Notes: generated by a model not told the origin, from the sequence alone. 37,208 nt of DNA from Paraphysomonas bandaiensis (GCA_965644295.1 CBFFRP010000415.1:1-37208); one strand, 5' to 3'. Positions 12,188 through 23,455 are shown, counted from the first letter of the stretch. Program-made: numbers and translations.

Positions 12188-14941
12188 TCAGCTTGAAATA
12201 TTTGGGATATAGGTGGAGCTCACAAGCTCAATTTCGGTATCACTTTTTTTTTCTTCTTGCTCTTTATACACCTCATAACCCCCCGGTGCTGTGCAATCCC
12301 GCCGAACGTATGATGCCATATCCCTCTGTTCATGCGGTTCTCTTTCAATGGTGAGCATTTCTACCACAAGTTGATTTCACGAAGGACTACTGAATACACC
12401 TCACCTGCGATTACTCCATGGAATGCCTCCTTGATTCCGGTGCCATCCAGGGCAGATGTCTCGACGAACGAGGAAACACCAAGTTTCTCAGCCATGGCCA
12501 CGCCCTCGTCAAAGGACACCTCACGCAGTAGACTATCGTCCACATCACTCTGTATTACGTACAACACTTAGCGAAAATAGAAAGAAGCAATTGTATGAAT
12601 CGCAGTTGCTTTCGCGCGTCGCAGCATGTTCCACTTCAACGCTGCTGTGGTAGGCATAATACCGCACCTTATTCCCTATAAGATGATAAACATGCGGCAT
12701 TGCTGACGACATATCAGCTACACGTGCCATCCATGTGTCTATCTGGTCAAATGACTTTCTACTCGATATATCATAAACTAGTAGTACACCGGTCACTCCT
12801 CGGCATGGGTAGCTATACTTGCAGTCAAACCTGGCCATATCTAAAACGAATTAGCACTTACCGTAAGTATACATTCACTAGAGGCCAATGTATATCATTT
12901 CCACTGGTGTCCCACAACTGACCTATAGAAGAAAACTTAGCTCAGAGTAATGATACGAACAGCAGGAACATACACTTTATCTCCTGATTATTAGGAAGGC
13001 AGGCAGTAGCGAACACCACATCCACTCCAACAGTGTCAAGATAATCGCCCACAAAACAGTTCTTTGAAAAGCGCATCACCAGACTTGTCTTTCCAGCCAT
13101 AGTAGGGCCAACAACAACAACTACACGAGCAATTACACACAAAGAGAATCGAGCTGTCACTGACCTCTACGTAAGTACGAGGGGTGCGTGTCGTCCGAAG
13201 ATTGGGGGCTAGGGTTAAGTATTTTCTTCTGAGACTATAATTAAGTTGTGACCACAGTATCAAAATTTTCATTCGCATATATACCTCATCCTGTTGACAA
13301 GTTGTGGCCCCCGTTTTACTTCCTTCATTGGGTGGATCCACAGCTCGTATTAATCCCCCAGGTCGGACGCGAAATCCCAGCATATCTAAACTACTCCGCA
13401 TTTCCCAATATAACCCAGGGAGGCGTTTTCCATTCCAGTCAACCTGCGCTTGGTCTAAACTACAAGAGAGAGTGCCGTCCGGCAAAATTAATCGAGCGAA
13501 CTCCTTCCCAACTGCAGATTGCACCACCCAAGCTGACGAATCAGTCTGTCCATACGGACAATGGAAGCATATCAACATGTCTACTATTACGTTTTTCGTT
13601 TCTAGATCCTTTGTTTGGACCTTTCGGTAAACAGGCTGACCACTACGTTTGGATCGGGTAGGTATATACACTCCGTTGACCACTGTCGCGTAAGTTCCCG
13701 AAATCCCGGATAACTTCACTGGCAAAGGGTCCTAAGGAAAATCAGAGTCGCAAATTCCACAACACAAATGTACCAACCGTTGAAGTATTCCATACAGACT
13801 GCATGGTAGTGGGCAGTATTCTATCTTCCACTGCTTTTTTAATGTTCTGCAAAATATGAGGGGATAAGAGCTGACCACGGACTACTTACTCGAACTTCCG
13901 ATCCACTGAATAGTTTATGAATGAAACTTGTTCGGATCTTCTTGCGGTGCAATACTGGAGCAGGCTGAATTCTGCTCTCTCTGTCGAATTCCCGCCCGTA
14001 TGCTCCTGAGAGTGTGGATTCCCTGCTCAAGTACTCGAACGATTCGCACAAAACTGCGGGTTCATATCGTTGCTTGACTATGGCTGTAAGATACTGTCAT
14101 TTCTACTCAGTCTCTGTCACAGTGTGGTATTCACCTGATAGTAGTCCGTCGAATGCCTCCTTGATCCCAGTGCCATCCAGTGCAGATGTCTCGACAAACG
14201 AGGAAACACCAAGTTTCTCAGCCATGGCCATTCCCTCTTGAAATGACACCTCACGCAGGAGACTATCGTCCACATCACTCTACCACAGGCTTTTAGAGTA
14301 GTGTACACATAGCAGTAGTTGTATACCTTGTTGCCTACGAGCAAATACACCGCAGAGGAATCGGCAACAGTCCTGGCTTGATTCAGCCAGTATAATGTGT
14401 TGTCAAACGATTCTCTATTCGCTATATCGTACACAACCACAACTCCAATAGCTCCCCGTGCAGACTTCTCAGCGAGGTGCCAATAGGCCCTTCTCCCGCA
14501 AATATCCCATATTTCCGCTTATTCAAAAATAATATCAACAGAAAACAATAGCAGATTTGTAGTCATGCGCATACAGCACTATACATACGAAATATGAAGC
14601 AGTCACATATCATTAGCAAAAATATAAAATAAACTAGGTGGTGAGACAACGATGCTACGCTATACTCACGTCACTCTGAGACACTGCTGTCATGCTATGA
14701 TACACTCAGTTTCATAGCAGGAGTCACCTGTTATGTTATGTCCATTAATATCTTCAAAACTCTTAATCACATATGCCGCCCCAAGAGTTCCAAACGAATT
14801 CAACTCGAATTCATTTTTATTTATTCTGGAGAGAATGCATGTCTTGCCAGTCCACGACTCGCCCACTAACAACACTTTACACCAATTTCATTATGTTATT
14901 TACTGTAGAAAACATATCTAACCTTTGGCTTTCTCGTTCAT
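12188..14941 (-). CDS. Protein with two tandem divergent Rab-like small GTPase domains separated by an uncharacterised linker domain (~13 exons)
   Basis: Splice model: 14941-14923, 14874-14728, 14517-14327, 14279-14135, 14083-13890, 13846-13778, 13731-13285, 13228-13165, 13120-12974, 12922-~12862, ~12811-12668, 12549-12405, 12360-12188. Domain 1: GESWTGKT/WDICGR/GNKSD/ETSAL. Domain 2: GPTMAGKT/WDTSGN/GNKSD/ETSAL. One junction (~12862/12811) is ambiguous. Confidence 0.75.
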
Positions 14942-15148
14942 TATTTAAATACACGAGATGGGATGGTTGACTGGAAGGTGCATTGGAAGGGGAAAGGTTG
15001 ATTGATCATATCTATATCTCAGAGCATGTATACCTCGAACAGATAGAGATAACGATAACATACTTGGTATACCGTATACGGCATACCGTATATACAGCTG
15101 CCGTGATGTTGTACTATCCACAACAGGGTGGGAAAGTGGGAATATGAT

Positions 15149-15218
15149 GTCGACCAGGCAAAAAAAATACTGCACTTGTATAAACAGCTAAAAACCAGGT
15201 GTTTTTTGCCTGGTCGAC
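15149..15218. repeat. Perfect 17-bp inverted repeat with 36-nt spacer in a divergent intergenic region
   Basis: GTCGACCAGGCAAAAAA (15149-15165) and TTTTTTGCCTGGTCGAC (15202-15218). Confidence 0.9.
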
Positions 15219-15391
15219 TTTTTCCCGCACGGATTTTGAGCAACGCAACTTCGCTCATTCACATCAAGTAGACAGACACAATCAGCCAGCTCTTTAATCC
15301 GCCACATCCATTCCATGAGTCATTAGTTCACCTGTTGCCAGTCGAGTAGCATAATTTCGAAGTCACCAACTAATCACTATCAACATCTACA

Positions 15392-16318
15392 ATGAACGAA
15401 TCGTTCGTATGCAGTGAATGTCAGGGAGTTTTTCCAAAATCAAGACGAGAAGCTCACATTCGTTACTGGTGCAGTAAGCGGACTGATAGTGATGAAAGTG
15501 GAGTTAGTAGCACCCCCATTGAAAAATATGCATTGCGATCCAGTACTCCAGCTGAAATGACAGCCGCGTGGTCTCATAACCAGGTGGAATTTTCTCTTGG
15601 AGGCGTTGATATTGATTTAAAATTTGAGCAGCAATCGATATTTGGGGATATAAGTACTGGGGGTGCGTTGTGGCACTGTGAGCTAGTATTGGCAGAATGG
15701 TGTGCCCGTGAGATAAGTCAGCGGCAGCACAGTCATACAGCTGCCCCAATGAGAGTACTTGAGTTAGGCTGTGGGGTAGCTCCTGCGGCAGGCCTAGCTA
15801 CTCTTGCTATGGGTTGTGATGTGCTGCTCACTGACATGTCGAATGTGCTGCCCTTTATCGAGGGTAATATTCGACTAAATCACTCTGCAGTCGCAGCAGA
15901 GCGCAATTTACGTGGCTTTCATCCACTCTCGCGGATGTCATGTGATACTGAGGAGCTCATGTTTGGGGAACCTATACCTGTGCGTGCACGTTCCATGGCC
16001 CCTTTTGATCTTATCCTCTGCTCTGACTGTGTTTATCAACAGCGATTGCATGAACCTCTTGCTCGCACATTGTTGGATTTGCTTTGCAATGTGAAGACTG
16101 ATATACATAGTAATAGTAGATGTGTAGTGGCATTCTTCTTGCGGGAGCCATCTGATGCAGATTTTATATCCAAAACGTGTCCAAAATTAGGATTAGTTGC
16201 AACGGAATTGTTTGAGCTGGGCGATCTCATTCGTGATGCTCCATGGAGTACGGAGAGCACAGCGGCAATGCTCGTTCAGCATATTCATATGTATGAAATT
16301 ACAAATAAGTGTCGTTAG
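15392..16318 (+). CDS. METTL21/Methyltransf_16-family seven-beta-strand protein methyltransferase with N-terminal C2HC zinc finger, intronless
   Basis: 308-aa ORF with TGGALW, VLELGCG, VLLTD and FDLILCSDCVY (DxxY). N-terminal CSEC-x11-H-x4-C. Confidence 0.88.
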   Translation: MNESFVCSECQGVFPKSRREAHIRYWCSKRTDSDESGVSSTPIEKYALRSSTPAEMTAAWSHNQVEFSLGGVDIDLKFEQQSIFGDISTGGALWHCELVLAEWCAREISQRQHSHTAAPMRVLELGCGVAPAAGLATLAMGCDVLLTDMSNVLPFIEGNIRLNHSAVAAERNLRGFHPLSRMSCDTEELMFGEPIPVRARSMAPFDLILCSDCVYQQRLHEPLARTLLDLLCNVKTDIHSNSRCVVAFFLREPSDADFISKTCPKLGLVATELFELGDLIRDAPWSTESTAAMLVQHIHMYEITNKCR

Positions 16319-16421
16319 GACTTTATTAGAGTGAATTATATTGTAGTGGAATATTTTTTCAATAATATACGTCGTTATGAACGAGGTTGTTACTCACAAA
16401 CAACTACTAACAATTAATTGT

Positions 16422-16774
16422 CGTTGAGTTTTGCTTATTGGTAGTTAGAATTTAACATTTCACTGAAGTTAACCATTCTCTACACTGAGTAGTTAACCAT
16501 CAACCTTGCATCGTTGAACACAATAAGTAACAATTATAATTATTAATCTACACTCTTCATATCATATTCATGTAACATCTAGTGAATATCAGTTCTCAGC
16601 AACATCTGCTTATCTGCTTATCTTATATTCACCAGTCACTCCTATATCTTTCATAGTCACACATCTCTGAATTCACTTTCTTTGTAACTATATTCCCTGT
16701 TACACCTATGAGTTGATTTCACCTATTGTACAATCCATATTGCATTATACTGCAGAACTCAACACTCCCACTCT
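16422..16774 (-). repeat. Probable Copia 3' LTR (16422-16764) with polypurine tract (16765-16774)
   Basis: On the minus strand AGAGTGGGAG precedes TGTTGAGTTCTGC; an imperfect inverted end CGTTGAGTTTTGC is at 16422. Lies downstream of the Copia RNase H remnant. Confidence 0.5.
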
Positions 16775-16996
16775 ATTGGATGTAGTTAACCATTCTAAAA
16801 TTCTGTGACAAACATTGCTATCGGATACGCAATCACTAAACCTCATAAGACTCCGCTGGTATAGGGTACAGCTAGGCCCCACCATATATTCATTCCAAAC
16901 TAGAGTTACGACGATCACCTCTGTGATAATTTGTTCAGTAGTCTTAAATTTTTCCTCAAGCTTTCGCTCTCTCTGTTCAATAATTACTGAGCCACA

Positions 16997-17660
16997 CTAA
17001 AAGCCTTGGCATATATCAGCCATCTGTTGTCGACTGTTCACATGTATTAGTTTTGTAGCATCAAACTGTTTGGGATTCACATGCTCTCTAATCATATGAT
17101 ACTTAATCTCAATATGTATGTTTCGCTCGTTGATGTTGCACTTGATTTTCAGATAGATCCGGAGCACTTCGATTATCCAGGAATAATGGCGCCGGCTGTT
17201 ACCCCCCAAGACCATATCTTTTCCTGTAGTCCGTTCTATATATAGACATTGATACTCATTGATACGCAGCTTGCATAGTCGATGTAGCTACAGTAGACTA
17301 AATTTTGGAACCACATGATAGTGGCTTATTACCAGCTCCAAACAAAACGTCCCCTGAAGTTGATCTCCTCGTCAAAGGATCGCCCGCCCACCAGGCAGCA
17401 TCAGTGAACATATAAAGATCAAATACTTCCCTCTTTTCCGCAGTACCTCGTACATACTACATTAGATATGTACATCACAAGTTTGCATATACAGTGGTAT
17501 TAACTTTCGTTTATCCGGCCTTGTATTCATAGATAAATATAGCGACCCTCCTATTAGTGGACGATAAAAGGAAAATTACCAACCAACTCCTACTCTTCAG
17601 ACGAATTTACATGTTCCACTCCCACTTTGATCCTATGTTCATGACACCACTAGGTAGTGG
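16997..17660 (-). mobile_element. Degenerate Ty1/Copia RT-RNase H remnant
   Basis: YRPLIGG.LYL (cf. YRSLIGSLLYL), DAAWWAGDPLTRRSTSG (cf. DADWAGD..TRRSTSG) and HIEIKYHMIREH...LIHVNSRQQMADI..KAL (Copia RNase H C-terminus). Frameshifted. Confidence 0.85.
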
Positions 17661-18391
17661 GTAATGCTGAGTCTTGTCCTGTGGGCCCAGAATATCCACA
17701 TATACCCTGTCAATGTATATATATCTTTTTGATGTATACACACTCGTCGCTTAATTTTCAAAGTAATATTCGTACTCGACCTACATGCTCTCAGCATAAT
17801 AACATCATCATCTACACAGCATATATATTATTACTAATAACAGAACTAATTCACCCCTGCTCCATTTATAACATACATAAACATGGGTCAAGTACACATA
17901 CATGATATAAAAAATATGTAACGACTCATTGACAATAAATTAATCAACACATATCACCCCTAAAGTGAAAGACCAAGTGTGCAATCGCCGACGAGTAACA
18001 ACTCGATATATAGTGGATAGTGTGTAGTTGTTTGGGGAGTGTTGGTGGACACGTTATTACATACTAGATGCTAGATGTTATTAGTATTTAATTGAACATA
18101 TATATTATTATTCTATCCTATTCCAATAAAGGATAAAATATGAAGAGTTTTGCTTCACAGCAGATAAGTCTATTGACAGACGCAATGAGTCTGTTCACTC
18201 TACAAAATACAAGATATATTCGTAAAAACTAGTTAAGAAGTGTATGAAATTGGTCGACGCATGGAGTTCATTAAGAGAAGCGTTTCTGTTTGAGTATTCT
18301 TTTTTGGATGACTTTGGAAGTTTTTTGAATAATAATTATACCCTTTACACTACTAATATACACTGCGTTCTAGAGGGTATACCAACTAACA

Positions 18392-18826
18392 GCCTCAACA
18401 AAGTCGGACTCGCATCTTGTCGTCGTGTTCTGGGTGATAAGTACCGGAGATATTTCTCCTCTAGAAACTAATGTGAGCCGCATATATTATATAGTCAGCA
18501 GTTATTTTTCTGCCTACTCATAGGCTAATGCTTATCTGGTACAAGGGACACTAATAAGCGTCACTTCACTTGTGTAGACGTCTTTGGGCCTTGACGAATA
18601 ATCAGTATCCGGGAATGGGCCCACCTCAAGGGAGCAGATATCGGGTATATCAACATTCTGCTTGCTCACCACTGCGTTAGCTCTGAGTGATAGAGCGAAA
18701 GTGGTTGCACCTTGGTGCTTGCGGTGAAGCACAAGCAGCTTTCGTAGCGTTAAATAGTAGGGTATCAGAGTTTAGCACTGATCCTTAAACGCCTACATTG
18801 CTAATAATAAAGACATTCACTAATAC
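18392..18826 (+). mobile_element. Full-length short retroposon (SINE-like or non-autonomous LINE) with 12-bp TSD
   Basis: TACCAACTAACA at 18380-18391 and 18827-18838. Starts GCCTCAACAAAGTC and ends AAGACATTCACTAATAC; 3' part matches the LINE tail. Confidence 0.9.
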
Positions 18827-19303
18827 TACCAACTAACAATAATGTGATTCCAGGAGTGTAACGGGAAGGAATATTCGTTGACAAAAGAAAGACACGACGG
18901 CGAAGTAGTGAGTTGCGAGTCATCTGTATGAGAAAAACTAATTTCTGCGGGCCAACAATATCAAACGACATTATTGGTGGTTGTTTAGTTGGTATAAACA
19001 TCAATCATTAAGGGTATACCTGTATAGTGTGTGTGTTGTGTGTTGACACCTCGGCTCGGACAACACGGAGCTTCTGTTGGTGCGTATATGCTCCACAAAA
19101 ACATTTATATCCTAAATTTATTGAAATGTGATAGATTAACTCTAAATGCAACAAGTACGATGTCTTAATTTAGGTAGATGAACGACGAGGGTAACCATTT
19201 CCAAGAACGTATTGCGTAAAACAAGTACAGAGAGGAGCACAATAAGTTACGTAGTCATCGGAATTGATACTACTCTACAGTTACCAAAAAAGATGCCCGT
19301 ATA

Positions 19304-20551
19304 TTACTTCGTGAGCTCATCCAAAGTATCAGTGACCTGCGCCACTACCTCAGAAGAGGAGTAAGCTGCGGTGCTTGCCCCTCCAGCGGACTCAGCCTCT
19401 ATCTGTGCTTTGATCCAGTCGTAGGTTTCTTTCAGTCCTGTACGGATAGGAATTGAAGGTGCCCAACCGAGTTTTGCTTTGATCATAGTGTTGTCGCTGT
19501 TTCGGCCACGTACTCCCATTGGACCTGGGATGTGCTTGATGGGTAGATCCTTTCCCGCGAAACCCATGGCAATGCGGGCGAACTCGTTCATATCTACCAT
19601 CTCGTCGGTGCCAAGGTTAAGGGGCTCTACGCAATCCGAAAGCATGATCAGAATAGATCCATTTACACAGTCATCAATGAACATAAATGAACGGGTCTGT
19701 AGGCCATCTCCCCACACCTCGAATTCCTCGGTGGAAACTACAGCCTTGCGACAGAAAGCAGCGGGGACCTTTTCCCTTCCACCTTTCCAGGTACCGCGAG
19801 GTCCGTACACATTATGGTAACGGGCAACGCGTGTCTTAATAGGGAAGTCCTTAGCATAAGCCAGCGCCATCTCCTCGGCTATAAGCGAAGATCAGGATCA
19901 TAGCAATATTAAGCATAATAAATACACACCATATAGCTTTTCAAGACCATAAGTGTCCTGGGGATTAGCTGGCCAAGCCATATCTTCACGCAGACCAGGA
20001 TTAGCAGGATCAGTTTGCAAGTCTTCGTTGTACACGCATGCCGTCGAAGAGTAAAAGTATCTGCAAGAAGGCGTCAACACATCAACAAGTGTCATTATAT
20101 ATTCCACCTCTTAGCACCGTTCTGGCGAGCAGCTTCTAGCATGTTAAAGGAAATCATAGTGTTGTTGTAAAGTAGCACAGACTGATTGGACACAATGAAA
20201 CCCATACCACCCATATCAGCGGCCAAGTTATACACATGCTGGCAGCCTTTAGTTGCAGTAACGCAATTCTCCAACAACCTCAAATCCAGTTTCAAAAACT
20301 CATGACAGAACTCTGAGGGCTCCATGAATTCGTTATCCTTCCAATCTGCACACACAACATAGCACCCCTGATCCACATATTATGATACACATGCAGTTGT
20401 TTAAGTGTTAATTGACCTCTTCTTTCAATTTTTTGGCTAAATGAGACCCGATAAAACCCGCCCCTCCGCCGATACAAACCTTAACGGTTCCGTTCTCATT
20501 GAGTTCCTCCGGATGAGCAGCTTTGAAATCTTGAGCAACAGTGTTTCCCAT
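19304..20551 (-). CDS. GME: GDP-mannose 3,5-epimerase, 4 exons (20551-20417, 20367-20108, 20060-19930, 19878-19304)
   Basis: GGGAGFIGSH, ADWK, NLAADMGGMGFI, YSSTACVY, PQDTYGLEK (YxxxK), RYHNVYGPRGTWKGGREKVPAAFCRK, WGDGLQTRSF and GVRGRNSDN are GME signature segments. Introns of 49, 47 and 51 nt. Confidence 0.95.
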
Positions 20552-20973
20552 TGCAATATGTTGTGATGTAGCTCTGCTAAAGGACGTGAAAATTACAGAG
20601 TGACCGCACTGAGATGCACTGTGAATACTCTGCACTGCGACACACTGTATACGGTATACCAGTATAGGTTCCTACACATGCAGAGAGTCCATACCAACAC
20701 CCAATACTACGTATACACCATACCGGTATATATGCATAAACCAAAATTCCACTACACAATGTAAAATACAGAGAATACTGAACACAGAGAGGGAATACAT
20801 ACTGAGCTCCCACGTCGTAGGATTTCTATAGATTTCGAGTACATGTGACACACAGCACTGCATATCTTACAACCCCATCTCCTCACAGTCGCCCTACTCC
20901 ATGATATTCCCAAGCCACCTAGAGCACCACATCTCTTTCTTATCTTCATACCGAGTAATATCAATATCCTCAT

Positions 20974-23455
20974 ATGTCCCACCGAATCTTTTTTTTATTA
21001 TGTCTCCTGCTAGTGACCCATCGTGGGTGTATTTCAGACACCGTTATAGTGAAATTGCATCAGGGAACTACCAGAAATAATCTGCGGGATCATTTGGATA
21101 GTGTGATATCTCTATTGGGACATTCCTTCGTTCTTATAAGCACATATGACCACCTTATTACTGTTGGTGAAGGAAGGTATGGAATACCTCATTACGCTGC
21201 ATGGGTGACACCGAGTGGACGGAAGTTTCTTGTAGCTCGGAGAGAAGTGGAGAAAGTGGAGAATGATAAGCAGATTCACGCTCTACATTGTCATAAACAG
21301 AAAAATCCAGATTGGGGACTTTCTCGTATCAACCAACGAGGGTCATTTAATCCTTCAAGTTATAATTACAATGACACTATGATGGGTGTAGATGTGGATG
21401 TGTATATTATTGGTAAGTTGTTTCCGTTTATAATGGCTGTTGATCATTTATTTCCTCAGACACGGGTATATACTGTGAGAACAACGACTTCGTTAACAAA
21501 GCATATGGCAACTGTACCTATGGTGTGGACGTCATAGGTCGTGTAGTTAACCCTTTATGATGCTCTCATTAACTTTTGTGCTTTTTAGATGGGTCGCACA
21601 CAGATGGAAATGGTCACGGTAATTTTTGCTACACGTAATAATGCTGCATCACTGACTCTTGTGTAGGTACCCACTGCGCAGGAACAGTGGCAGGTTCGAC
21701 ATATGGTGTGGCGAAGGGGTCAAACTTAATTGCTGTGCGTGTACTTGATGATGACGGCGATGGCTCCACTTCAGGCATAATAGATGGAATTAATTGGTAT
21801 GATATGAATACACATATATGTGTGCATGTACGCATATGGTGTTGTTACGGAATATTATGCGTAGGATGTTGGGAAATGTGGCGTTAACTGGTCGCCGATC
21901 TGTAGCGAACCTTTCTTTGGGCGGATCGTATTCAGAACTTCTTAATGCCGCCACTTCTGCGGCAGTATCTGCTGGTGTAGTTATGGTGGTGGCCGCTGGC
22001 AATGATGACGACAATGCCTGCGAGTATTCTCCTGCGTCCGAGCCCTCAGCCCTTACTGTGGGGGCGACTGATGCTTCAGATGACAGAGCGGGGTATTCTA
22101 ATTATGGGGAGTGCTTAGATATCTTCGCTCCTGGGACTAGCATCACCTCGACCTATATTGGTTCACCTTCAGCTATCGCAACCATGTCTGGGACTTCCAT
22201 GGCTGCGCCACACGTTACGGGTGCAGCAGCGGCGTACCTTTCGCGCAGTAACTATACGCTTACGGCGACGGAGATTGGCGAACTTATTATCTCAGATGCC
22301 ACTTATGGAGTTCTTAACGGGGTTAATGGTTCGACCGCAGATGAAGACATCTCACCGAACTTACTGGCGTATGTTTCCCCTTGTGATGCAGGTGCATCTG
22401 GAGAAGAAAACTCAGGTGGTGTATTCCATAACTTTCGATCTTCCTTTCGTTCCCTGTGTCTGCTTTTCGTTGGAGTAATGGGATTAGAGGTCGGTATTGG
22501 AGTGCCGTTACAACCGTATCTGAAGTCCATGTCGTGGAGGTTGGTAATTGTAGTAGTGCTCTGCCAAGTGGTTTTAGTTCCGTTGCTAGCCATGGGGCTG
22601 GTTAGATACTTCAATCTATGGGAAGAACGTGCCATTGCCTTGTTACTTCTCAGTGCGTGCCCCAGCTCTGATGCAACATCTACCGTGTCGCGAATCACCA
22701 GTGGTAGTCTTCTGCTTTCATCCGGTCTCACTTTTTTCTCAAATACTGTAGCTGTTGTGGCTCTTCCTGTGTTTTCTGCTTTCTGGGTGCTGGCAGTGTA
22801 TGGACCCAGTGACGCTGTCTCAGTGTCCTGGTATATGTTTATAGCAATAATGATATGGCTAGCTGTTGGGTGTGGACTGGGTATGTTAGTCAGAGAACGG
22901 ACGAAGTCTTCCACGTGGAAGTGCGTGGATTGGCTTGTGAACTTTTTCTCGTTTGTTTTGTCAACAGCTCTGCTGGTGTTAGGTATACAGGTGTATGGGG
23001 AGGATATTTTAAATATGCCACCAGCAGTGTGGATATCCTCGCTGATCATGCAAATAGGCGGAGGGATATTTGGGTTAGTTCTTTCTGGATGTGCAAGTCT
23101 TTCTCTACGAGAGCAGCTGGCAGTCTCGTTAGAGACTTCTCTTAAAGCGTTTGTCGTCGCTGTTGCAATGATCGAGTATTCGTTCAATGGAGTTGACAAA
23201 GATGGCATGATGGCTGTACCCCTTGTGTACGGAGTCGTAATCGCGTGTAATATGTGTTGGTGTGTTCCTCTATTGTATATAGTTAACAAGTTATCAAAGA
23301 AAAAAAGAAGTGCTGTGGTGGAAAACAATGGTACGACGTCAACGCCTTTCCACGAAGTTATGGGATCTCAGAATATTGAGAATGCTCAGTCTTGTTATCT
23401 TGAGGAATCTTCGCTTAGAGATTCACTGTTGGATGAGAAGTACTCTATTAAGTAG
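20974..23455 (+). CDS. Subtilisin/proteinase K-like S8 protease (signal peptide, I9-like prodomain) fused to a C-terminal SLC10/BASS (SBF) multi-TM transporter domain; 5 exons (20974-21412, 21460-21537, 21589-21618, 21667-21796, 21865-23455)
   Basis: Spliced catalytic triad IIDTG / HGTHCAGT / [10 protein letters not shown] with oxyanion AAGN. The same last exon continues without a stop into [27 protein letters not shown] and AVSLETSLK with about nine hydrophobic helices. Confidence 0.9.

Noticed and set aside
15019-15258. 79-aa ORF as the first exon of the Rab gene
   Set aside because: It overlaps the inverted repeat and promoter motifs; the ATG at 14941 gives a normal Rab N-terminus through a canonical intron.
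18425-18475. Hammerhead-like TGATAAG-stem-GAAAC
   Set aside because: The CUGANGA core is absent in all copies and stems I/III could not be formed.
20534-20551. MGNTVA N-myristoylation-like start of GME as a novelty
   Set aside because: Plant GMEs also commonly begin with MG, and nothing else supports lipidation.
22303-23328. 341-aa antisense ORF, and similar antisense ORFs over GME, eIF2D and the LINE
   Set aside because: These are shadows of the real sense-strand coding sequence with no recognisable motifs.
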